DNA of 38,660 nucleotides from Myxococcota bacterium. GTDB lineage: Bacteria; Myxococcota_A; Bradymonadia; UBA7976; UBA1532. Of the stretch, positions 17,906 through 26,196 are shown piece after piece. The position numbers and the translations under genes were made by a program. Where the stretch lies: positions 1 through 38,660 of the forward strand of contig JAYZEG010000031.1 of the NCBI GenBank assembly GCA_036337435.1, read 5' to 3'. Under the pieces are notes generated by a model. That model saw only the letters and a program-made list of their open reading frames with translations. It was not told where the DNA came from and ran no database searches. Numbering within the stretch: position 1 is the stretch's first letter; each line of letters opens with the position of its first letter.

Positions 17906-18529
17906 TTAGGGTTGATTACAATCTGTTTTCATTGGGTGCGAGAAGAGGCCGGCTCGGGCCATTCTAATGAGTTCTGCACCAAGACGGTTCTGGTGATTCT
18001 TTTTTTCACTCGGGGAGGCGTCTCGGGTGAAGCTCTCGACCAGTGCGACATTGGCGACCACTGCATTGACAAGACTCCAAACAAAAGCGCGTGGTTCGAC
18101 GTCTTGTCCGACCTCACCAGCGTCGATACCAACCCTAATTTGTTGGGAAACCACGCTAATCCATGGGCTGATGTGAGAGTCGATGAGCGTTCGCATCTGC
18201 TGTGGTCGGTCGAGCATTTCCCGGAGCAGGAAGCGTGCCCGATTGGGATCGGCAGCGAAAAAATCCAGTAACTCTCTGGTTAGTGCTTCAAACTTTTCAA
18301 GACCCGTCAACGCAGATGCCTCGAGAAGCCTAGGAATGGTTTTGTCCCAATGAAGTAGCACGTCCACCAACACCGCTTCGCGAAGAGACGCTTTACTCTC
18401 GAAATGATACATGATGGAGGGCTTGCGGATCCCCACCTCAGACGCAATTTCCCTCAACGACGTTCCGTCGGCACCTTTGAGCGCCATCTGCTTCAACGCG
18501 ACATTGATAATTTGGGATCGGCTGTTCAT
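17906..18529 (-). CDS. TetR/AcrR family transcriptional regulator
   Basis: N-terminal HTH G..GTSLREIASEVGIRKPSIMYHFESK..L. It lies 12 bp upstream of the acyl-CoA dehydrogenase gene on the same strand. Confidence 0.93.
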   Translation of the reverse strand: MNSRSQIINVALKQMALKGADGTSLREIASEVGIRKPSIMYHFESKASLREAVLVDVLLHWDKTIPRLLEASALTGLEKFEALTRELLDFFAADPNRARFLLREMLDRPQQMRTLIDSHISPWISVVSQQIRVGIDAGEVGQDVEPRAFVWSLVNAVVANVALVESFTRDASPSEKKNHQNRLGAELIRMARAGLFSHPMKTDCNQP

Positions 18530-18584
18530 GAATACCTACCGCTTGTTATGCTATTGTCTAACGCGCGTTAGGTATTCGTGTCAA
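18527..18584 (-). promoter_or_regulatory. Probable tetR promoter/operator region
   Basis: TTGACA on the - strand at 18584-18579. Perfect palindrome CTAACGCGCGTTAG at 18558-18571, with a degenerate copy CTACCGCTTGTTAT at 18536-18549. Inverted repeat GAATACCTA/TAGGTATTC at 18530-18538 and 18569-18577. The -10 element is not clear-cut. Confidence 0.65.
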
Positions 18585-18608
18585 GGGCCAGAGGGCGGTA
18601 ACCATCGA

Positions 18609-18622
18609 ACGTCCGCGGACGT
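18609..18622. promoter_or_regulatory. Second perfect 14-bp palindrome, upstream of the cytochrome genes
   Basis: ACGTCCGCGGACGT is its own reverse complement and sits in the divergent intergenic region. Confidence 0.4.
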
Positions 18623-18664
18623 CAGAAAGAGACATTTGGTGGAATTATTGCTAGGGTCCCTCTG

Positions 18665-20350
18665 TTGGACAACCGGGGCGAGAATCAACGAAAGATGCGG
18701 GCGCGAATGAGGGCCATTAAATTTCAATTCCACGACGCCATTGCGCAGCTCGTCATGTACGGTTGTATCCTGCTACTGATGGGTTTTGGCCAGGCTTTTG
18801 CGAAGGGGCCGGCGGTCGAGGGATTGGGGTGTGGCAATTGTCATCTTGGCGGGGTTAAAGAAAATCCGTTCGCGGGCCAAATCCCCAATCTCAGGGATGC
18901 CGGCGTCCGCTATACAGACGCCTTCCTCCATACTGTTTTGCAGAATGGCCAAAATCGGCGTAAGCGAGGGGCGGTCGGGCGGATGCCTGTCTTCCCGATG
19001 TCACCGGATGAACGCTCCGCCCTCGTGGGCTTTTTAAACGGCCGCAGTGTCAGTCTGCCAGAGGACATAAAGGCCATGGTCAAAGGGCCAAGTGGTCGAG
19101 ATGACGTTGCGAGTAAACGGGGTCGCCAAGTCTTCGATGCCTACGGCTGTATTGGCTGCCATGCGGCCGATGGGGCGGGTGGCGGCGTTGGGCCCAGTTT
19201 AGATGCGGTGTCGAAGAAATTGAAGCCAGCCTGGGTGGAGAGCTATCTCATCGACCCGAAACGGATAGACCCGACCACCAGTATGGTCAACTTATTCTAT
19301 CAGCGGCGAGCTGACGGTTATGAACCCGTGCGGCGTGACCGAGATGTCAGGCAAGATTTAACCGATTTGATGAGTTATCTGTATCGAGATGGCGTGCCTG
19401 TGGATAGCGCGGTGCGTCCACCGAAAGATGGCAGTGGCAAGCGGATTTACAAGGCACTTAGATGCGCCAATTGCCACGAACTGAGTAAGCCAAAACAATT
19501 TGCTCCAGATTTGTCGAAAGTGGCGAATCATTTCAAGTCTGACTATCTCTCGGCCTACCTCACGAGGCCGGTTCCGAGGCGCCCGTTTGGTGCACAAGCG
19601 GGCGACGGGTCACGCATGCCAAATTTCAACCTGAGTACGACCGAGGTCAGCGAAATAACGACATGGATGAAGGCAAAGGCCGGGCGCACCAAGACTAGAT
19701 CGCCGCTGAAAACTTTGTCCGCCTACGCAACCAAAAAGGCTGGTCGTTTGTTGGCCGAAAAAATGTCGTGCTTGGGTTGCCATCAATGGGGTGGAGAGGG
19801 AGGCCGAATCGGGCCGCAGCTCATGGGTGCCGGCGGACGGTTGACGCGCCAACACATTCATAATGTGTTGTTCAACACCAGGGCAACCCTGGGTCATTCG
19901 GTAATGCCTCAAGTGCGCGGGCGGCCGACCGTTAAAACGATGACATTAATCCAAGCCCTTCTCGAGCAGAGTCAGACGGGGGCTCCTGAAACGGAGTACC
20001 TCTCGTTGATCGAACATGAAACGTTGGACCGGCAAGCGTCTGGTAGGGGGCAACGGAATTATGAGACCTACTGCGCGACGTGTCATGGCATTGCGGGCGA
20101 ACAGAATGGTTTTAATGCCGGTTATTTGCCCGTGAAGCCAGCCCGGCTAGCATCGGCCGATGTCTTGTCGCGGCGGCCCGATGATACGCTCTACGATGTG
20201 CTGGCTGTTGGGGGTTTTGTGCTCGGAAAATCGCACCGGATGCCGCCCTGGGGCGACACGCTGACGCGTGAGGAAATATGGGAGGTCGTCCAGTACCTCC
20301 GCAAACTCTGCAATTGTAGCCAGCCAACGTGGGCGGAGGGTGCACCTTGA
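18665..20350 (+). CDS. Exported pentaheme cytochrome c made of tandem class-I-like domains
   Basis: Five CxxCH motifs (CGNCH, CIGCH, CANCH, CLGCH, CATCH), each followed by a distal Met (RMP, SMV, RMP, VMP, RMP). The signal peptide ends in AFA. The true start may be a later ATG (18695-18755). Confidence 0.9.
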   Translation: MDNRGENQRKMRARMRAIKFQFHDAIAQLVMYGCILLLMGFGQAFAKGPAVEGLGCGNCHLGGVKENPFAGQIPNLRDAGVRYTDAFLHTVLQNGQNRRKRGAVGRMPVFPMSPDERSALVGFLNGRSVSLPEDIKAMVKGPSGRDDVASKRGRQVFDAYGCIGCHAADGAGGGVGPSLDAVSKKLKPAWVESYLIDPKRIDPTTSMVNLFYQRRADGYEPVRRDRDVRQDLTDLMSYLYRDGVPVDSAVRPPKDGSGKRIYKALRCANCHELSKPKQFAPDLSKVANHFKSDYLSAYLTRPVPRRPFGAQAGDGSRMPNFNLSTTEVSEITTWMKAKAGRTKTRSPLKTLSAYATKKAGRLLAEKMSCLGCHQWGGEGGRIGPQLMGAGGRLTRQHIHNVLFNTRATLGHSVMPQVRGRPTVKTMTLIQALLEQSQTGAPETEYLSLIEHETLDRQASGRGQRNYETYCATCHGIAGEQNGFNAGYLPVKPARLASADVLSRRPDDTLYDVLAVGGFVLGKSHRMPPWGDTLTREEIWEVVQYLRKLCNCSQPTWAEGAP

Positions 20351-22803
20351 GGTGGATGCTTCACTTGATGGGCGCCGTCTGTCTATTTGGATGCTCGGGC
20401 GAGATTCAGCCCGCGGAAAGGCTTGAGCCTGATTCATCTGCGACCGACGTAGGAGTGGCAACAGGTGCCACCCAAGCCGATATGAAGGTCAGGACTAAAA
20501 CAAGTGTGGCGCGCCCTGCTGTGCCCGTGACAAAAGATGTCACCATCGCTGATTTGCCTCCCATGGACACACCAGCGATGGTGAAACGGAGTGATTTTGT
20601 CGGCTCTAAAGCGTGTCGTTCATGTCATGAGGATCAATTTAGGCCTTGGGCAAAGTCGACACACGGGAATGCGGGAGGGCCGCCGAGTGAGAAGACGGTT
20701 ATTCCGGCTTTTGATGGACGGGTTCTTCGGTTTAAAGACGCACAGGTGACCCTCAAGAAAGATGGGCGGCGCTACTCCTTTCTGGTTGAAGAGAACGGGC
20801 GCAAGCCTGTGCGCATCGTGGTCACATCGGTGATTGGGAGCGGTCGCATTTTTGGTGGGGCGACGCAGACGTATTTCACAGAGCTGCCCGATGGCCGCAC
20901 TGTCATGCTGCCTTTTGACTACAGCATTACAAACAAGACTTGGTTTTGTCAGGCTGAGTCGAAGTGGCGGGTCATCGACAAGCATTTGTCTTTGAGAGAA
21001 TGTCAGTATCCGGCGCAAACATCCCTCGGTCATGGGGCCGGCACCAATTGCCAAGACTGCCACGGGAGCCAGATTTCACTCAGCTACAACAATCAGAATA
21101 AGAAATTTGAGACTGAGTTTACGGAGCTTGCCGTCAACTGTGAGAGCTGTCATGGCCCAGGTGCCCGGCATGTCAAGTTGATGAAGGAGGGGAGTCGGTC
21201 TGAAGACATTGGCCTCGAGCCTTTAGACCTATTGTCGGCTGAGGAGTCCGTGGGTGTGTGCGGTCGTTGCCATATGGACAAATCCATGCTCGCGGGTGGC
21301 TATCTGATGGGCGCACCGCATGAGGATTATTTCAGTTCAGTCTTCATACGAGACCCGAGAGACATCCCTCTCGATATTGATGGGGCCGTGCTCCGCTTTA
21401 GCTACCAAGAATCACATCTGTATAGTTCGTGTTTCCGAGAAGGCTCGATGACGTGTGTTGACTGTCATGACCCTCATTCGGGACAATACAGAGACATCTG
21501 GGGTACGCCTATCAATGACCGCTTTGGCGACGCTCAGTGTACGGATTGCCACCCGTCGAAGCTTGGTTCGAACCATACGGCCCATCCAAACACAAAAATT
21601 AAATGCGTCGAATGCCACATGCCCATGCGGCAGCACCCTTCGGTGGGGGATATGATCCAGTACAGGCGTTCTGACCACGCGATTTCTATCCCGAGATTGC
21701 GGGGCCTTGGCGCAGACCTGAGCTCTCACGGCTGTGGCCACTGTCACAGCGATAAGAGTAAAAGCTGGCTTGTTGCTCAACAGAAAGCACTTTATGGAGA
21801 CGGCAAGCCTGAGCCAAAAGGGGCGACGGAGTTAAATGCCTCCGAGGTTAAGTCAGCTGCGCAAAATGAGTTGCTGGGGATTCGCCAAAGTGGGGCTTTG
21901 AAATATGCGATCCAGGCCTTAGGGAAGGTTGAGTCAAATCATCCACCCCTGGTTGTTCGGGCATTGGCGTCTTACATCGTCGCGTCATTGAGTTCAGATA
22001 CGGCCGCGTTGTCCAATGAATTGAGGTTGAAGTTAACGGCCTGGCTATATCACGAGAATCTTGATGTGAAAGGCGCGGCGATCGCGACAGCACTGTATCT
22101 CTCTGCTTATGACAGGGGGCTTTCGTCTGCTGGTCTGGCTGCTCTTAAGGCGGTCCAAGCTGACAAACAACGGGCGGTGCGGCGACGTGTGGTGTTTAAT
22201 CTGTTGGCGATTATGTACATGGTTGTGCCAAGGCAGTCAGGTGCAGGGCAATTAGCGAGGAGAGCTGTCGAAGATTTTGCCGTTCCGCTCTCGGATTCGG
22301 TCAATCCGGTCGCGGCATTGTTGGGGTCCGGTCATCGGACGGCTAATCAACCTGACCAGGCGGTAGACTGGTATCGTAAGGCACTCGCAGACCCCTCATT
22401 CAAAGCGGACAGATATGTCCTGAATCAGGCTGGCCCAAAGGCAAAGATCTTGTTGAGTCTCGGCCAGGTGTTTAATGACGAAGGCTATGGAGAGCTTGCT
22501 CGTCGTGCTTTTCAGGATGGTGTCGATGATTCACCCAGGGATCGGCCCTTGCGAGAAGCGCTTTGTCTACACTTCTTGAAAGGCGGTGCTCGAACTGAGG
22601 CATTGTCCTGTATTACCGAGTTAATCAAAATTGCGCCTGATTTTGTCCAGGGCTATTTTATTAAGGCTCGTTTGTATGAACAGATGGGGCAGTTAGACGC
22701 CGCGCTGGAGATTGCCCGCCGTGGTCTAGAACACGATTCAGGCAATGTTGTCGCGAGGCGAAATGTTGAGCGACTGGAGCGGATGGTTTCAGGGGGGCGG
22801 TGA
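20347..22803 (+). CDS. Octaheme cytochrome c lipoprotein with C-terminal helical/TPR repeats
   Basis: TTG 20347 overlaps the upstream TGA (the ORF track starts at 20329). Lipobox LFG-C. Eight CxxCH motifs (CRSCH, CQDCH, CESCH, CGRCH, CVDCH, CTDCH, CVECH, CGHCH). TPR-like C-terminus (A.LY.QMG..DAA....RGLE.D). Confidence 0.9.
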   Translation: MRWMLHLMGAVCLFGCSGEIQPAERLEPDSSATDVGVATGATQADMKVRTKTSVARPAVPVTKDVTIADLPPMDTPAMVKRSDFVGSKACRSCHEDQFRPWAKSTHGNAGGPPSEKTVIPAFDGRVLRFKDAQVTLKKDGRRYSFLVEENGRKPVRIVVTSVIGSGRIFGGATQTYFTELPDGRTVMLPFDYSITNKTWFCQAESKWRVIDKHLSLRECQYPAQTSLGHGAGTNCQDCHGSQISLSYNNQNKKFETEFTELAVNCESCHGPGARHVKLMKEGSRSEDIGLEPLDLLSAEESVGVCGRCHMDKSMLAGGYLMGAPHEDYFSSVFIRDPRDIPLDIDGAVLRFSYQESHLYSSCFREGSMTCVDCHDPHSGQYRDIWGTPINDRFGDAQCTDCHPSKLGSNHTAHPNTKIKCVECHMPMRQHPSVGDMIQYRRSDHAISIPRLRGLGADLSSHGCGHCHSDKSKSWLVAQQKALYGDGKPEPKGATELNASEVKSAAQNELLGIRQSGALKYAIQALGKVESNHPPLVVRALASYIVASLSSDTAALSNELRLKLTAWLYHENLDVKGAAIATALYLSAYDRGLSSAGLAALKAVQADKQRAVRRRVVFNLLAIMYMVVPRQSGAGQLARRAVEDFAVPLSDSVNPVAALLGSGHRTANQPDQAVDWYRKALADPSFKADRYVLNQAGPKAKILLSLGQVFNDEGYGELARRAFQDGVDDSPRDRPLREALCLHFLKGGARTEALSCITELIKIAPDFVQGYFIKARLYEQMGQLDAALEIARRGLEHDSGNVVARRNVERLERMVSGGR

Positions 22804-22991
22804 GGGCAAGTCCCATTGAAGTCCTGTCTCAACAGTGGTTTCTGTCTGGTGCCTTGAGACCGATGGAGGCGTGCGTAACCAGGTTATTAAATAAGCGCCT
22901 AAGCCGATTGATCTTTTTTCCGTTTTTTTTCGCAACACGATGAGTCCCTGTGACGAGACGTCTTTTGTGATGTTTCTTATAGGACTTAAAC

Positions 22992-25250
22992 ATGAACAAA
23001 CTCACTCCCATTCAAGTCGGTAGGGCGCCAGTCGCCATCACTGTATACATTTCCAAATGGAGCATTGCGAATTGGTCGCTTTTAATGGCAGCCGTTTTTG
23101 CTGCGATCGCGTCCCCGGCGCAGGCTTGCCGAAATGCACCAAAGGTCCTCATTGTCTTAGATCGTTCAACGTCTATGCTCTACGGAATCGACTCCGATGG
23201 CTCGGGGTTACCAAACCTGCGGGACCGCGAAGGCAGACGCTCGACAGTGGCGGGAGAGGCCGTCTATGACATTGTTTCACGATACGACGATCGGGTTAAA
23301 TTTGGGCTCGCTATGTTCCCGAGCAGCAGGGCGGCCTGTGGGCCGATTCGGGAGCCCCTGGTTGGTGCGCTGGTAGACGGGCAGTTGTCGGTTGAGCTTG
23401 GGGCCGGGCCGGATTTTAGAAGGCAGCTAGACAGGCATAATCATCCAACTGGTGATTCGCCCCTTGGGTCTTCTCTCGCCCTTTACTCGTCGTGGCTAAA
23501 TCGCCCTGGTGATGTCAGGCGGATGATCTTTGTCACCGATGGAAACGACAGTTGTGGTGGGCAGGCTGATTTGTTGGAACAGGCAAGAGTGGCCAGCGCG
23601 CAAGGTATTCTTATCTATGTGATCGGCTTGGCGGCCGACCGCGCGTCTCAAGCCAGATTAGACCAGTTGGCAGAGGCTGGCGGCACCGGTAGGGCCTTTT
23701 CGGCACAGAGTTCCGACAACCTGATGAATGCTTTAGAAGGTGCTCTGGAGCCACTGTTTCTTGAAACGTGCGATGGGGTTGATAACGATTGTGACGGCAC
23801 GATTGACGAAGGGTATGACATTGACGGGCAGTGTCACACCGGCCGGTTAGGTCTCTGCAGCGAGGGAGTTTGGTCCTGCGATGAGAGCGAGGGCCGTTCT
23901 TGCGTGTCTGGCGTGAATCCAGAACCCGAGGTTTGTGATGGTTTCGATAATGATTGTGATGGTTCCGTGGACGAGGATGTCCGAGCAAATAATCCAGGCT
24001 GTCGAACTGGCCGTTATGGCCAATGTGACGCTGGGGACCGCCTTTGTTTGAATGGGCGCTGGGCATGCCTGCCAAATCGCTCACCCGACATTGAGCTGTG
24101 CGATGGCTTGGATAACGACTGTGATGGAACGATTGACGAGGGGTCTCAAGGTTCAGGTGAATCTTGTGTAAGTGAGTCTAACTGCACCGGTGAGATGGCA
24201 TGCACGGGGGGGCGGCTAATTTGCTTGGCAAGAGCATCAGTACCAGAACAGTGCGATGGGGCCGACAACGATTGTGACGGTCGAATTGACGAAGGTTTCC
24301 GAGTGCATGATGGCACCTGTGTTGGGTCGCCTGAAGATGATTGTACGGAATTTGACGAGCACTGTGATGGGCATGGGGCTGATGGTGACATTGAAGAAAG
24401 TCGAGAGCCAACGGCCAGTAGCTGCGACATTCCGTGTCATCAAAATGAATGTCCAGTGGGTCTGGTCTGCATCAAACAGAGCTGCGTTCCCGCTTGTCTA
24501 ATCGAAGGCTGCAGTGAAGGCACCGTATGCACATCTTCAGGATGCCAGATAGCGTGTCGTCAAGAGTCATGCCGCTCCGGTATGCATTGTGAGTCCGACG
24601 GTTGTGTCATCAGCAGCTGTGGCGGCAGTGCATGTGGTCACGGAGAGGCATGTGTTGCTAACCAATGTGTTCCAGACTCGTGCCTAGGGGTTGACTGCGA
24701 ATCAAACCAGTTCTGTCGGTCCGGTGTGTGCATTAATAGCTGCGCAGGCGTGGTTTGCGGAGGTGATTCAATCTGCATCGATGGCACTTGCGTAGCTCGA
24801 TCCAGTGTGAATGCGGAGTGCGATGGCTCGGATGGTTGTGAGAATCGACCGTGTGATCTGGCTTCAGATTGTCAGGCTTGTGGAGAGGGCGAGGTTTGGG
24901 TGGCGACGCGCTGCATATCTGATCCTTGTTTGTCGGTTGCCTGCCCGATGGGACAAAGCTGTTATTTGTCCGATGGTTTGGCTCAATGCGGCTGTCGTAC
25001 TCAGGCTTTGGGCCAAGGCGGTGCGTCTTCAATTGAGTCGCTCCCTTGGGCTTCGCAAGGGTCGACCCGGCCCATTGTGTCCGAGCACACGGTTGGCCGT
25101 GATGCTATGGTTGAAGCCAAACAACCAAGGCACCTGGCTCCGGCAGCTGGCTGCAGCTCAAACGGTTCGGAACGTCGACTCGATTTGGTCGGGCTGGTTC
25201 AATTAGTCGCTTTTTTGTTGCTGTGGCGACTCCGCAAGCGCTGTTTATGA
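22992..25250 (+). CDS. vWA-domain surface adhesin with Cys-rich repeats and MYXO-CTERM-like tail
   Basis: Signal ends in AQA. MIDAS elements LDRSTSM and FVTDG, plus IYVIG. Four CDGxDNDCDGxxDE repeats and further Cys-rich modules. C-terminal AGCSS, hydrophobic helix and RLRKR. Confidence 0.87.
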   Translation: MNKLTPIQVGRAPVAITVYISKWSIANWSLLMAAVFAAIASPAQACRNAPKVLIVLDRSTSMLYGIDSDGSGLPNLRDREGRRSTVAGEAVYDIVSRYDDRVKFGLAMFPSSRAACGPIREPLVGALVDGQLSVELGAGPDFRRQLDRHNHPTGDSPLGSSLALYSSWLNRPGDVRRMIFVTDGNDSCGGQADLLEQARVASAQGILIYVIGLAADRASQARLDQLAEAGGTGRAFSAQSSDNLMNALEGALEPLFLETCDGVDNDCDGTIDEGYDIDGQCHTGRLGLCSEGVWSCDESEGRSCVSGVNPEPEVCDGFDNDCDGSVDEDVRANNPGCRTGRYGQCDAGDRLCLNGRWACLPNRSPDIELCDGLDNDCDGTIDEGSQGSGESCVSESNCTGEMACTGGRLICLARASVPEQCDGADNDCDGRIDEGFRVHDGTCVGSPEDDCTEFDEHCDGHGADGDIEESREPTASSCDIPCHQNECPVGLVCIKQSCVPACLIEGCSEGTVCTSSGCQIACRQESCRSGMHCESDGCVISSCGGSACGHGEACVANQCVPDSCLGVDCESNQFCRSGVCINSCAGVVCGGDSICIDGTCVARSSVNAECDGSDGCENRPCDLASDCQACGEGEVWVATRCISDPCLSVACPMGQSCYLSDGLAQCGCRTQALGQGGASSIESLPWASQGSTRPIVSEHTVGRDAMVEAKQPRHLAPAAGCSSNGSERRLDLVGLVQLVAFLLLWRLRKRCL

Positions 25251-25323
25251 CCTCCCCCTTCCATAAGTGTTTAAAGAACCGCTTCGGGTCGAGTTCTATA
25301 ACGCTACGGGCTGTTGGGGGACT

Positions 25324-26118
25324 TTAAACGCTTTGGCCTTTGCCCAAATAAGGATAGATGCGTCGGTTTGCGCCTTGAGCGCAAAATCCATTAATGAAGA
25401 GTCGGCGGGGCTGACATGTTCGGTTTGGGCTGCTTCCGTGTATTGTGAAAGGCCCGATAAAGAGTGCATCACCCGGATTCATTGTCAGCACTCTGGCACG
25501 TTTAGTGTCCACAAGCGTCGGATTCAAGCGACGTTCAGCGTCGACCGCTAAGTGGCCCGACCTATGGCTTCCCGGTATGACCTTAATCGGGCCATTGGTC
25601 TCCGTCATTTTGTCGATCGCAACCAAGGTTTGTACAAAGCTTCCATTTCCCAGTACATCGCGCCATACGGGCGTGCCATATCGGCGATGCAGGCTGTCCT
25701 GATGCCAATCAAAAGCAACCTCGTCTCCTGGAAGTTTCAGGTGAACCTGGTTGATGATCTGCTCCAGCTCTAAAGCATCGAGTAGCAACCGAACAGTGTC
25801 TGTCAGACGTTTGTCTTTGCCAAGAAAACCCAGGACGGGCGCGCAACCGCCAGCGCCGACAATTCGATCGATTCGAAGTGGTTCACATGAACGTCCGCCA
25901 AGGACGAAGTCTGTCCCAGATATGGATGTGGATTCCTCCAAAGTCGCTGCAATGTCGATAAGTTGGTCGATTTGTGCTGACACGGCGTTGACAAAATCCG
26001 AATCAAACAGTGCCGGGATGAGCAGATAGCCATCTTCGTCAAACCGGCGCACCTGCCGAACGGTGATGGGCAAGTGAGGCGGGTTTGGCCTGGTCTTAAA
26101 TTTTCGAGCAACGGACAT
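25324..26118 (-). CDS. Phytanoyl-CoA dioxygenase (PhyH) family Fe(II)/2-oxoglutarate oxygenase
   Basis: F.EDGYL, WHQD (HxD), NGPI.VIPGSH, PGDA....HGS.PN...R motifs. Confidence 0.9.
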   Translation of the reverse strand: MSVARKFKTRPNPPHLPITVRQVRRFDEDGYLLIPALFDSDFVNAVSAQIDQLIDIAATLEESTSISGTDFVLGGRSCEPLRIDRIVGAGGCAPVLGFLGKDKRLTDTVRLLLDALELEQIINQVHLKLPGDEVAFDWHQDSLHRRYGTPVWRDVLGNGSFVQTLVAIDKMTETNGPIKVIPGSHRSGHLAVDAERRLNPTLVDTKRARVLTMNPGDALFIGPFTIHGSSPNRTCQPRRLFINGFCAQGANRRIYPYLGKGQSV

Positions 26119-26196
26119 AGAGTGCCCGGTTTCGTTTGTTTATTTGCAACTGTAGCAGAATGTGAGAGTGCTCGCCTCTTTTGAACGGGAATGCGT

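Noticed and set aside
22938..22962. CGATGAGTCCCTGTGACGAGAC resembles a hammerhead ribozyme core
   Set aside because: The invariant CUGAUGA and GAAA are both mutated, and stems I and III cannot be formed.
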